A stretch of 64,000 nt of DNA from Candidatus Hydrogenedentota bacterium (GTDB lineage Bacteria; Hydrogenedentota; Hydrogenedentia; Hydrogenedentales; SLHB01): NCBI GenBank assembly GCA_963668025.2, contig CAXXTH010000010.1:96001-160000 (forward strand). Reading direction: 5' to 3'. The position numbers and the translations under genes are program-made. The notes under the pieces are model-generated. The model ran no database searches and had not been told where the DNA came from. It saw nothing but the letters and a program-made list of their open reading frames with translations. Below, piece by piece: positions 9,912 through 20,027 of this stretch. Numbering within the stretch: the first letter of the stretch is position 1; each line of letters begins with the position of its first letter.

Positions 9912-10356
9912 CCAGAAGAAATTAGCATAAACAAAGCAGCGGCAAGCCTTCGCACTTCAAATGCTTTTGTAAGAATGACTTATAATGCATAACGGGTGCG
10001 GCGGATGGGCCGCCGCTTTGTTGTATACGCTATTCAAATCGTATTTTCATTTCTTGGTTCCACCCGTCCAATTGAGTGCTTCAAAACTCTATGACAAGAA
10101 AAGACTTAGAACGCATGTGGGATATGGCGGCTTGCCACCGTTTTTAAAAAGCCCATTTATGGGGAATACCTCCGCCCATAAAAGTCTTTCCTTTTTTAGA
10201 GATTTGAACACTCGGCGCCACCGGCAAGACACTATAATTCGGCATAGTGCTCTTATTATCGGGGAAGCCCTATACAGATTATCAGGATATTCTATTGTAA
10301 GACTAAATATTTGGGCGTAATTACAACAACCCATAAGATTAGGAGAACTTGGAATT

Positions 10357-11424
10357 ATGAACAATAAAAGAGGTTTTACGCTGATCGAATTGCTTGTGGT
10401 GATTGCCATTATTGCAATCCTGGCGGCTATCTTGCTGCCCGCGCTCGCACGGGCGCGCGAAGCGGCGCGGCGCGCCAGTTGCCAAAGCAATCTCAAACAA
10501 TTCGGCATCATCTTCGCCATGTATTCGGGCGAAACAAAAGGCGCGATGTACCCTCCACAAATGCGTTGGGTGCCAGGCGGCCAAGCCGGTGCGCTGGGAT
10601 TCGATGCTCTCACCTTATACCCCGATTATTGGTCGGATGTGTCTATCGCCATCTGCCCGAGTGATCCCAGGGGAGATAATATCCCTCCGGGATTTTTCGG
10701 TTATGGTGTCACCAAGATCGGCATCGAAGAAGATTTCCCGGCGCAGATAAAAGACCTCGCGGCTATCGGCGAAGATGCCGAAGCTTGCCTGGACGCCATC
10801 ATGAGCACCCCGGTGTCATATTGCTACATCGCCTTCGCGACGTCGACAGGCTCCCAGGTATGCGATGTAATTGAGTGCCTGAACCGCTGGGGATGGGGCC
10901 TTGCTCCAAATCATGCACCGGAGTATCTGGGAAAGCGTGGTAAAGAATACGACTGCCAATGGAACAGCTTCAAATTCAAGGACATCGGTGAAAGCGATAT
11001 TCCAGCAGGTATAGTCGCCGCCGCTGGCGGCGTAGTCTGGGGTGGTACGGATGACGATGGCTCGCCGCTGCCTTCCACCTACAAGCGGCTACGCACGGGC
11101 ATTGAGCGTTTCTTCATCACGGACATCAATAATCCCGCCGCAGGTGCGGTGGGGCAGAGCACCCTGGCGATCATGTGGGATTCATGGTCTCCAGACACCA
11201 GTTATTTCGCCACTAGCGCGGACCATGGCATCGCGCGTTTCAACCATGTGCCCGGCGGCTCGAATGTGCTGTATATGGATGGCCATGTGAGCTGGGTGCG
11301 GTATAGCGACGGCGAAGAAGGGCAATACCCTGTTTGGGCACCGGATGACAGTGTCGAAATGAAAGGTAATCCGCTGGTGCGGAACGCGGAAGTTTGGATG
11401 CCGTTCGCGGGTGGCTGGGGTTGA
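10357..11424 (+). CDS. DUF1559 prepilin-type N-terminal cleavage/methylation protein with C-terminal H-x9-DG motif
   Basis: [45 protein letters not shown]; [17 protein letters not shown]; AGGAG RBS. Confidence 0.92.
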   Translation: MNNKRGFTLIELLVVIAIIAILAAILLPALARAREAARRASCQSNLKQFGIIFAMYSGETKGAMYPPQMRWVPGGQAGALGFDALTLYPDYWSDVSIAICPSDPRGDNIPPGFFGYGVTKIGIEEDFPAQIKDLAAIGEDAEACLDAIMSTPVSYCYIAFATSTGSQVCDVIECLNRWGWGLAPNHAPEYLGKRGKEYDCQWNSFKFKDIGESDIPAGIVAAAGGVVWGGTDDDGSPLPSTYKRLRTGIERFFITDINNPAAGAVGQSTLAIMWDSWSPDTSYFATSADHGIARFNHVPGGSNVLYMDGHVSWVRYSDGEEGQYPVWAPDDSVEMKGNPLVRNAEVWMPFAGGWG

Positions 11425-11523
11425 GATAATCATGCCGTGAAGAGGCGGTGGAGTTTGCCCGCCGCCTCTCCTCTGTTGGGTAATCATAAAATACGGAAAA
11501 CAGTAAGAAAGGTCTTTTTTTAT

Positions 11524-12705
11524 ATGGCGGCGGAACTGCGTATTGGGGTCATTGGGGTTGGCGGACGGGGAGCGCTTGCGGCACACGCGCATAAACCGGA
11601 AGAAGGCGCTCGACTCGTGGCGGGCGCGGACATCAAACCGGCGGCGCTGGCTGCGTTTGGCGAAAAATATGGTAAAGATTGCTTTCTCACGGATGACTGG
11701 CGCGAGCTGCTCAAGCGGAATGACATAGACGCGGTATTCATCACCTCGCCGGACTTTCTCCATGAGGAGCAAGCCGTCGCCGCATTGCAGGCCGGAAAAG
11801 CGGTCTATCTCGAGAAGCCCATGGCCATCACCATCGCGGGATGCGACCGCATCCTCGAGACAGTTTGCGCATGTGAGGGCAAGCTTTACCTCGGACACAA
11901 CATGCGCCACATGTTCTTTGTGCAGAAAATGAAGGAGTTGATCGAGCAAGGCGTTATCGGCGAGGTGAAAACGGCCTGGTGCCGCCATTTCGTGGGATAT
12001 GGCGGAGACGCCTTCTTCAAGGATTGGCATTCCGAACGCCGCAATGTAACAGGGCTTCTCTTGCAGAAAGCGGCACATGACATTGACGTGCTCCATTGGC
12101 TGTGCGGCGGATACACCACGCGGGTGAATGGCATGGGCGGGCTGACGCTCTACCATCAAGTACAGGACAGGCGTCCGCCGGATGTGTCGCATAAGGTCGA
12201 ATTTGTATTGGAGAATTGGCCTCCATTGGCGCAAACAGGCCTGAGCCCAGTCATTGACGTGGAAGACGTCAGCATGATGCAGATGGAGCTCGATAACGGG
12301 GTGTTCGCCGCGTACCAGCAATGCCATTTTGCGCCAGACGCCTGGCGGAATTACACCGTGATTGGCACGGAAGGGCGCATCGAGAATTATGGCGATGATC
12401 CGCCCAACTGCACTATCATGTTGTGGAATAAACGTTCTGGTTATAATAAGGACGCCGATGCGCAGTATCCCATCGAGACGGAAGGCGGCACGCATGGCGG
12501 TGCTGATCCCAAAATTGTATCGGAATTCCTCCAGTATGCGCGAGATGGCATTCCGACCACTACTTCGCCTATCGCGGCGCGGAACAGTGTCGCCGCAGGG
12601 TATCTTGCCACGCAATCGCTCCGGCATGGCGGAATTCCATTCGACGTGCCGCCGCCACCCGCGCAAGCCGTATCCTATTTTGAAGGAGTTCCCGCCCGCG
12701 TATAG
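11524..12705 (+). CDS. Gfo/Idh/MocA-family oxidoreductase
   Basis: IGVIGVGGRG Rossmann fold, EKPMA motif, HDID. Confidence 0.9.
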   Translation: MAAELRIGVIGVGGRGALAAHAHKPEEGARLVAGADIKPAALAAFGEKYGKDCFLTDDWRELLKRNDIDAVFITSPDFLHEEQAVAALQAGKAVYLEKPMAITIAGCDRILETVCACEGKLYLGHNMRHMFFVQKMKELIEQGVIGEVKTAWCRHFVGYGGDAFFKDWHSERRNVTGLLLQKAAHDIDVLHWLCGGYTTRVNGMGGLTLYHQVQDRRPPDVSHKVEFVLENWPPLAQTGLSPVIDVEDVSMMQMELDNGVFAAYQQCHFAPDAWRNYTVIGTEGRIENYGDDPPNCTIMLWNKRSGYNKDADAQYPIETEGGTHGGADPKIVSEFLQYARDGIPTTTSPIAARNSVAAGYLATQSLRHGGIPFDVPPPPAQAVSYFEGVPARV

Positions 12706-12788
12706 AGCCGCCATGTGTTGAGAAAACCACTGCTTTGCGCAGTATAGGCGTTCGTTTTTGCGAAGCGCCAAGGGAAAGGTATGCACGT

Positions 12789-14783
12789 ATGCATGTTGTC
12801 GATTGGGTCATCGTTTTTGGCATGCTGGCATTTCTGATCGCTGTTGTAATTGGGGCGAACCGGTTATCGCGAGGCGTGGCGGACTTTCTAGCGGCGGGCC
12901 GATGCGGCGGCCGGTATATTATTTGCGTTTCAGAAGGTATCGCGGCAGTCTGCGCGATCACGTTCATCGGGCTTTTCGAGATGCACTACCAGGCGGGCTT
13001 TTCCGCCGTATGGTGGAACATGATGATGGCTCCTATCATGGCCGCCATCAGCTTATCCGGCTGGATCATCTACCGGTATCGAGAAACACGCGTCCTCACC
13101 TTGGGCCAATTTTTTGAAATCCGCTACAGCAAACGCTTCCGTATCTTCGCTGGGATATTGTGTTTTTTTTCCGGTGTGGTCAATTTCGGCATATTCCCCG
13201 CCGTGGGTGCGCGTTTTTTCTGTTTCTTCTGCCAGCTTCCGCCCACCTTCCCCGTCTTTGGAATCGCCGTATCCACCTATGCGGTCGTTATGCTAATCCT
13301 GCTCATTATCGCCCTCTATTTTACATTTGCGGGCGGCCAGGTAGCGGTTATACTGACCGACTTCTTTCAAGGCGTATTCTGCAACATTATGTTTTTGGTC
13401 ATCCTGATCGCCCTGTTGCTGACGTTCCCTTGGAGCCAGGTGGTGGAAGGGTTGATGGCTGCCCCGAAAGATGCGTCGCTTCTGCATCCATTCCATACCA
13501 GTGATGCGAAGGACTTCAATATTTGGTATTTCCTTATCGGCGCTATTGGCACGTTTTACACCTATTTTTCGTGGCAAGGCAGCCAAGGATACAACGCATC
13601 CGCGCGCACACCGCATGAGGCCCGCATGGGTAAAATCCTGGGCACGTGGCGCGTACTGGTCATGAACGTGCTCATTGTCATGATTCCGGTTTGCGCCTAT
13701 ACCATGCTGCACCATCCCGCGTTCAGCGGCATAGCATCTCTCATCAACCAAGATGTGTCGGCCATCGAGAATACGCAGATTCAAAAACAAATGCTGGTGC
13801 CCATCGCGCTCTCCCATTTCCTGCCCATGGGATTAGCAGGCGCGTTCTGCGCCGTCATGCTGGCGGCGTTCATCAGCACGCATGACACGTATTTGCATTC
13901 CTGGGGAAGCATTTTTATCCAAGATGTGATCATGCCATTCCGTAAAAAACCATTCACCCCCGAACAGCATATCCGCGTGCTGCGTTATTCCATCTTTGGC
14001 GTTGCCGTGTATATTTATCTTTTCAGCTACTTCTTTCATCAGACGGAATACATTTATATGTTCTTCGCCATCACAGGTGCCATTTTTACGGGAGGCGCTG
14101 GGTCGGTCATTATCGGAGGACTCTACTGGAAGAAAGGCTCGACGGCTGCGGCGTGGAGCGCCATGATCGCTGGCTCGACCCTCGCCGTGATCGGAATCAT
14201 CATTCGCCAGGTCGATACCGATTTCCCCCTTAATGGACAATATATGTGGTTTATCTCGATGGCGGTGTCACTCACGCTTTATGTCTCCATCTCCCTGCTG
14301 GGCAAAGGCCGGGATTTCGACATGGACCGCATGCTCCACCGGGGCCAATATGCCGTGCTCGATGATGAAGTGGCTGTCCAAAAGAAATCCGTGCGCAGTT
14401 TCTCTGAATGGATTGGCATCGGGCCTGAGTTCAATTGGCGGGATAAAATAGTGTATCACGCTACCATCATATGGACAGTCCTTTGGATAATCGTCTTTGT
14501 GGCAGGCACTATTTACAATCTGCTGGTGGAGACATCGACTGAAGGCTGGGCGCGGTTCTGGGCCGCATACATCGTGGTGTCCTTAATCGTGGGAGCTGTC
14601 GTCACCGTATGGCTCACCATTGGCGGTTTTATGGATGTTAAAAAACTATATGAGTTACTACGCACCCGTGTGCGCGATGATAGCGATGACGGCATGGTCA
14701 TGTCATGGGAGAAATCCGATGAAACGGAAGCTGTATCGGAATCTGCAAAAACTGATCGCGCAACGCTGCCAGCCGAAGAGTAA
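12789..14783 (+). CDS. Sodium:solute symporter family transporter
   Basis: DFLAAGR, TLGQFFEIRY, MLAAFIST, GGLYWK motifs; about 15 TM helices. Confidence 0.9.
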   Translation: MHVVDWVIVFGMLAFLIAVVIGANRLSRGVADFLAAGRCGGRYIICVSEGIAAVCAITFIGLFEMHYQAGFSAVWWNMMMAPIMAAISLSGWIIYRYRETRVLTLGQFFEIRYSKRFRIFAGILCFFSGVVNFGIFPAVGARFFCFFCQLPPTFPVFGIAVSTYAVVMLILLIIALYFTFAGGQVAVILTDFFQGVFCNIMFLVILIALLLTFPWSQVVEGLMAAPKDASLLHPFHTSDAKDFNIWYFLIGAIGTFYTYFSWQGSQGYNASARTPHEARMGKILGTWRVLVMNVLIVMIPVCAYTMLHHPAFSGIASLINQDVSAIENTQIQKQMLVPIALSHFLPMGLAGAFCAVMLAAFISTHDTYLHSWGSIFIQDVIMPFRKKPFTPEQHIRVLRYSIFGVAVYIYLFSYFFHQTEYIYMFFAITGAIFTGGAGSVIIGGLYWKKGSTAAAWSAMIAGSTLAVIGIIIRQVDTDFPLNGQYMWFISMAVSLTLYVSISLLGKGRDFDMDRMLHRGQYAVLDDEVAVQKKSVRSFSEWIGIGPEFNWRDKIVYHATIIWTVLWIIVFVAGTIYNLLVETSTEGWARFWAAYIVVSLIVGAVVTVWLTIGGFMDVKKLYELLRTRVRDDSDDGMVMSWEKSDETEAVSESAKTDRATLPAEE

Positions 14784-14858
14784 CTATTCTCCATACAAAG
14801 AAACGTTCAGGATGTTTCTGGTGTTTCCAGTATCGATATAGGAAATGAGGATTGCGAT

Positions 14859-17800
14859 ATGCGACAAATGCTCTTTCTTTTGAGTATTGCGCTGATTATC
14901 TTGACCGCTCCAATCGCCATGGCGGGTTCCGCATATGACGGCGCATCAGTTGATGACTCAGCGAATGCTGAGTATAGCGATGCTCTTCCAGATTATGCGC
15001 TCTCCTTAACACCCTTGGCCGCGCCTTCGGATTTGGTGGGCCAGGGCCAATGGCGGGTGAAGGATGTGGCGGCCAATTCCGCGTTCATCGCCGCGGACGC
15101 CAATGGCGATGTGCCTGGGCGAAACCTGCACTTTGATGCGAATGACACGGATGGCCCGCCGGTATGGAATTATGCTTGCACGGTCTCGGACACATCGAGC
15201 GCCAACCGCGCCGTCACGCTTGCGCTGATCATCCCATTCGATGCCAGCGGGTGGCGCTGGTGGGATGATGCCCAGCAAAGCCGGGTGATCTCTGGTTCGT
15301 CGGTCTATCGAAACATCACCGAAGATTACTACGGCACTTCTCTCATGGCCTCGCGCTATCCTATCGCCGTACTGGACAACGGTACGGAAGCCTTGTGCAT
15401 CGCCGTTCCCGTCGAGCCTGGACGCGCGGTGCGGTTCCAGTATGACGCTTTCCTCAAGCAATTGCGCGCGGAGTTCGATTTTGGACTCTCCACCATTCCT
15501 GAAAATTTCCCCTCGAACGCGGATGCCACGGTTATTGCGTACACGGTTCCCGCGAAATGGGCCTTCCGGCAAGCCCTTGCCCAATATTACGAGTTATACG
15601 ACAGCTCGATACAGCGCTGGGCCGGGGAGGGCGGCACGTTCTTGCGTGGTTCAGACTTGTCCATCATCGAAAAGCCGGAGGATTTTTCGTTTGCGTGGCA
15701 CGACTTCGCCGCCGAGTACGTCTCGACTCACGATTGGTCGCGCATCGACGAGAGCCATGGCGTGTCGAGTTTCTTGTACCGCGAACCACAAAGCCATTGG
15801 CGCGCGTTGCGGGGCCCACTTACCGGAACCACCCATACTGATTTTAATGATGGCACGCCAGGCAATTTGGCCGCGAGCGGGACGGTCACCTATAGCAATG
15901 GCGCGGCGCGCATCGCCCCTGGCGCGGCGCTGGCCATTCCCGGCATTCCCACTACAAACCAAGAAGACCTGGAAGCCGAGTTCACCGTGCAAAACCTTGC
16001 GGATATCTTGCCGCTGGGCGTTTACGATTTGGGGCTGCAAGGCCGGTTCTGGTGCGGCTTGCGGAAAACCGAAGCCACGGACTTCGTGGCGCGGGTAGGC
16101 GCATTCGATTTTTGGGCGCTGGGCTTTCAAAACGGCGAGACCCTTGAGGGCCAAGCGGCGGAGAAAGTCACCGTTAAAATGGTGGTGAACCGCGTCGAGA
16201 ATATCACCCGGGTATATGCGGCATTTGATGCGGATGCACGCCAGGGAACGACTCCGCCAAACCTACATCTTGTGGGCTATTTCCCCATGGGCAGTTGGAC
16301 GGCTTCCGATGGGTATCCGCTGTATGTTCGCAATTACGCTAATGTGCCCCTCGTGATCGACGATGTCATTGTCACGCGCTTTTCGGGTAACGACCCAGCG
16401 GCCACATATGCTACCTATTTCTCTCAGCTTGAAGAGGATGCGCAGCGGGGCGATGAATACGCCCAGGCCACCATGGTCAGTGGCGGATGGGACTCCACGG
16501 GCAAATACGATCTGTATCTGGGCAATATTGTATGGACCAAACAGGCCCCCTTCGGTGTAAACACTGCGCCTGGCGTTCCCAACGCCGGCTTTCCGGATTG
16601 GCTAGACAAATCGCAATATGAGATGAACGTTCTTACCCCCGTCCTGGGGTGGGATGATACGCCTTCCCTCATGGAGGGCATGTATTTCGACTCGATGCAG
16701 GGCTGGGGCAACATGCGCAACTACCGGCAGGAACATTGGCGCACCACCGAGTATCCCCTCACCTTCGACCGGAACAACAGCAACAAAGTGTGCCTGCTCA
16801 ACATTTGGGGCAATGTGGCCCATGCCCAGGCGTTGCGCCAGCGGCTGCATGAGAATGGCCAGTTGCTCATGGGCAACGATTCATATTACCAAGTCTGGTA
16901 CCACATGCCGAACATCGATATCCCCGGGCGCGAGATTAATAACTACTCGGGCGGCGTGTGGTCGCCGCCCAACGACACCACCTATCTCTACTTCCGCTCG
17001 ATAGCGGCCCGGCGGCCATTCTGGACGTTGATGAACGACAATTTTGATGACGGCAGCCACATGGAGGAATATTTCCAGCGCAGCTTGTTTTATGGCGTGT
17101 TTCCTAGCATGTACCAAGCCCATGATGGCGCGAGTGCGTGGTATTGGGCCACTCCTGATTATTACAACCGCGACCGCGCGCTCTTCCTAAAATATATTCC
17201 CATGATTAAGCGATTGGACAACGCCGGGTGGCAGCCGGTGCCGTATGCCACGGCGCAGCCCAGTACGGTGCGCCTCGAGCGCTTCGGCAATGGCGGTACG
17301 GGCGATTTGGCCTTCACGCTGCACAATACCGCCACAACCGCAACTACAGCCACGTTATCCATTGATTTGGCGGCGCTCGGGATCACCCAGGCTTTCGCCG
17401 CAACAGAATGGATTACGGATACGCCACTAACGGTCGTCTCGTCGAAAGGAACCACCGCAACCATCGAACTGCCCCTGGATGGGGATGGATTCGCCGTGGT
17501 GGGCATGCGCACGAGCTTGCCTGAAGCTTCGCTTGGTTCATCGGCCTATAGTGTCATCGAAAAGGACGGCGGCATTGAGATTACCGTAAATCTCGACGGC
17601 GCACCGCTTCAAGGCGCGGCTGCCCGCGTGGAGTACACGACTGCCGATGATTCCGCAATGGCCGGTGCGGATTATACGGCCACGAGTGGCGCGCTTACAT
17701 TTGAAGCGGGGGAAACCACGAAATCGTTCATCGTGCCGATTACCGATGATCAAACGCCCGAGACACTCAAGAGTTTTTCGGTTGCTTTAAGCAATCCCCT

Positions 17801-18050
17801 GAACTGTACACTCGCAGAGGGAGGCGCATCGGCAACGGTCTCTATTATTGATGATGATGCGGACAGCGACAACGATGGGCTGCCGGACGGGGTGGAAGAA
17901 GCGGTTTACCATACGGATCCGGACAATCCGGACACGGACGACGATGGCCTTAGTGACGGAATCGAGATCGTAATTGGATCCGATCCCTTGGATCCCGAGG
18001 ATGCGCCCACGCTGAAAAACCAGACAGTGCCCTTCTTTGTGGAGAAGTAG
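14859..18050 (+). CDS. Large secreted protein: putative glycoside hydrolase-like barrel, Calx-beta domain and Asp-rich Ca-binding repeats
   Basis: Signal peptide; GMYFDS and LMGN barrel-like strands; Calx-beta (YTTADDSAMAGADYTATSGALTFEAGETTKS..ITDD); DSDNDGLPD and DTDDDGLSD repeats. Confidence 0.75.
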   Translation: MRQMLFLLSIALIILTAPIAMAGSAYDGASVDDSANAEYSDALPDYALSLTPLAAPSDLVGQGQWRVKDVAANSAFIAADANGDVPGRNLHFDANDTDGPPVWNYACTVSDTSSANRAVTLALIIPFDASGWRWWDDAQQSRVISGSSVYRNITEDYYGTSLMASRYPIAVLDNGTEALCIAVPVEPGRAVRFQYDAFLKQLRAEFDFGLSTIPENFPSNADATVIAYTVPAKWAFRQALAQYYELYDSSIQRWAGEGGTFLRGSDLSIIEKPEDFSFAWHDFAAEYVSTHDWSRIDESHGVSSFLYREPQSHWRALRGPLTGTTHTDFNDGTPGNLAASGTVTYSNGAARIAPGAALAIPGIPTTNQEDLEAEFTVQNLADILPLGVYDLGLQGRFWCGLRKTEATDFVARVGAFDFWALGFQNGETLEGQAAEKVTVKMVVNRVENITRVYAAFDADARQGTTPPNLHLVGYFPMGSWTASDGYPLYVRNYANVPLVIDDVIVTRFSGNDPAATYATYFSQLEEDAQRGDEYAQATMVSGGWDSTGKYDLYLGNIVWTKQAPFGVNTAPGVPNAGFPDWLDKSQYEMNVLTPVLGWDDTPSLMEGMYFDSMQGWGNMRNYRQEHWRTTEYPLTFDRNNSNKVCLLNIWGNVAHAQALRQRLHENGQLLMGNDSYYQVWYHMPNIDIPGREINNYSGGVWSPPNDTTYLYFRSIAARRPFWTLMNDNFDDGSHMEEYFQRSLFYGVFPSMYQAHDGASAWYWATPDYYNRDRALFLKYIPMIKRLDNAGWQPVPYATAQPSTVRLERFGNGGTGDLAFTLHNTATTATTATLSIDLAALGITQAFAATEWITDTPLTVVSSKGTTATIELPLDGDGFAVVGMRTSLPEASLGSSAYSVIEKDGGIEITVNLDGAPLQGAAARVEYTTADDSAMAGADYTATSGALTFEAGETTKSFIVPITDDQTPETLKSFSVALSNPLNCTLAEGGASATVSIIDDDADSDNDGLPDGVEEAVYHTDPDNPDTDDDGLSDGIEIVIGSDPLDPEDAPTLKNQTVPFFVEK

Positions 18051-18135
18051 CTGGACGGGAACCGGCAGGCCAAAAGATTAAGTTGGGTGTAGTGTAACGA
18101 AGGTTTTGTATACACGATCGAGGAGTATTTTTGAT

Positions 18136-19950
18136 ATGCCTGATTATACCAGTCTTGAACTTGGCTCTCCCCTTGGCGCGGCAGTGGACGTACGTCCATT
18201 GAAGATGACCATCCAAACACCTGGGAAAGATGCAACAGCCATACAATTTCCTATCCGGCTCGAACCCGGAGCAATAGCATTTTTGGACTGGGGGCGTAAA
18301 CGGACCGGATGGCTGAGCCTCAGAGGACAAGGCCGTGTGTCGTATGCCATGGCGACGGATATGCGTATTTTCGATTTATTCGATTCGCCATTAGGCCAAA
18401 AAGAAGGTTTTCTGGGCGACCACTTTCCAAGCTTTGTGAAGGGCCATGCCCGAAGTGTGTTCGAGCTGCGGGCGGAAGGTGGAAAGCTGTTCGAGGCCAT
18501 GACGCCTATCCGTTTTATGAAGCTGGCCAATACGGGAGATGCGCCCATCGATGTTATGGATGTGGCGTTGAAACCGAGTGAGTTTCCCGCACTTCCCGTA
18601 GGCTCTTTTAGCTGTTCCGATCCACTGGTGACGGAAGGCTGGCGCATGGGCATCGACACCATGCATCTGTGCACCCAGCCGAGCATGGAAAGCCAGATCC
18701 CCATATACGTGCCGTTTGGCAACGGGTATGTGCAATGGGACGGCTGCCGGCGGGATCGCGAGGTGTGGAGCGGCGACCTGCGGACATCCGCCCTTGCCTG
18801 GTATTATACGTTCGAAGATGCGTCACCCATTACCAACAGTCTCTACGCCCTTCTCAGCGCCCAGCATATCGCCTGTAGCGAGCACGGTTTATTTCCAGGA
18901 AGCGCTTCATCCCACCAAATCTACTACGACGGCGCGATGTCGGCAGTCGTTGCCCTGTGGGAGTATTACCTACATACCGGCGACACGCGACTCCTCGATT
19001 ACGCCGTCAAAACGCCTGTATTGACGTTCTTTCTCGAGTGGTGCGAACGGAAGCTCGATGAACGCGGCGACGGCTGGCTCCATGTGAACAACTCCTGGAT
19101 GTATACGTTACCCGTCCACGATGAAGCGTTGCCTTCCCTCCAGATTACCACCGCTTTCGCCATGGACAACATGGCCCGGCTATTCCGGACCGCCGGAATG
19201 GAGGCTGAAGCGCTACGGGCATTGGCCATCCGGGAGAAAATCGCTTCGCGGTTGCGCGCGGCTTTCTGGGATGAGGGCCTTCAATCATTCCGGTTTGTTG
19301 CGCATCGAGAGGGCATCGAGGCCCGTTCCGACCTCTGCGCCAACGCATGGGCGGTATTGGGCGGATTGGTGGACAAAAAGACGCAGGACGCCATCTTTGC
19401 CACGCTCAAGCGCTTGCATTGGCGCGAACCTGGCTCGCTCAATGTCGCACCTCCCTATGAATTTGAGGCGCCTCATAACAACACCATTTGGATATATGGA
19501 AACGCTCATGAAGTGGCGGCCCGTTTATATGCCGGTGATACGGACAATGCCCTGGAACTGTTCCGGCGGTATACCCGGGCCACGCGCGCCATGGATCATC
19601 GCACGTATCTCGAGATGTTCCATCTGGATGGCGGCCTGCCTATTAAGAAAGATGGCACGGGCGAAACGTTAAGTTTTTGCCATGCCTGGGCTGCATTGGG
19701 CAGTTGGGCGCTCCAGCGTTATCTTCTCGGCCTCCACCCGCAAGAGCCGGGCTGGAAAACCGTGGCGCTCGAACCGGTTCCATCCGGTTTGGAATGGCTT
19801 GAAAGCGCTATTCACACGCCTTATGGCCTGATCGAGGCGAAACTCGAAACGAAACAAGGCCGCCTGCACGGCGTTGTCACCTTGCCTCATGGCGCAACTC
19901 TCGGACAACGCTCCCCAGCAGCAGCTCAGATTGAAGTGGTGCGAAAGTAA
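18136..19950 (+). CDS. GH78-like (alpha-L-rhamnosidase-related) six-hairpin glycosidase
   Basis: DGCRRDREVWSGD, SFCHAWA, PGWK..P..SGLEW..TPYG; AGGAG RBS at 18121; no signal peptide. Confidence 0.8.
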   Translation: MPDYTSLELGSPLGAAVDVRPLKMTIQTPGKDATAIQFPIRLEPGAIAFLDWGRKRTGWLSLRGQGRVSYAMATDMRIFDLFDSPLGQKEGFLGDHFPSFVKGHARSVFELRAEGGKLFEAMTPIRFMKLANTGDAPIDVMDVALKPSEFPALPVGSFSCSDPLVTEGWRMGIDTMHLCTQPSMESQIPIYVPFGNGYVQWDGCRRDREVWSGDLRTSALAWYYTFEDASPITNSLYALLSAQHIACSEHGLFPGSASSHQIYYDGAMSAVVALWEYYLHTGDTRLLDYAVKTPVLTFFLEWCERKLDERGDGWLHVNNSWMYTLPVHDEALPSLQITTAFAMDNMARLFRTAGMEAEALRALAIREKIASRLRAAFWDEGLQSFRFVAHREGIEARSDLCANAWAVLGGLVDKKTQDAIFATLKRLHWREPGSLNVAPPYEFEAPHNNTIWIYGNAHEVAARLYAGDTDNALELFRRYTRATRAMDHRTYLEMFHLDGGLPIKKDGTGETLSFCHAWAALGSWALQRYLLGLHPQEPGWKTVALEPVPSGLEWLESAIHTPYGLIEAKLETKQGRLHGVVTLPHGATLGQRSPAAAQIEVVRK

Positions 19951-20010
19951 GTAACCATTTAGCCAAGTGGTGAAGATAGACTGAAGAATGACCGGCGAGG
20001 GCGCCGGTCC
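19951..20010. mobile_element. Truncated GTAAC-ended MITE copy containing one REP-like palindrome
   Basis: GTAACCATTTAGCCAAGTGGTGAAG...AATGACCGGCGAGGGCGCCGGTCC matches 27896-27945; cut off by IS sequence at ~20011. Confidence 0.75.
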
Positions 20011-20027
20011 CTGGAGTTTCTCCATTA

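Noticed and set aside
11182-12786. Long antisense ORFs (this 534-aa one; also 41450-42667, 58407-59705, 60589-61653 and others)
   Set aside because: They are shadows of well-supported genes on the opposite strand in GC-rich DNA and have no recognisable motifs.
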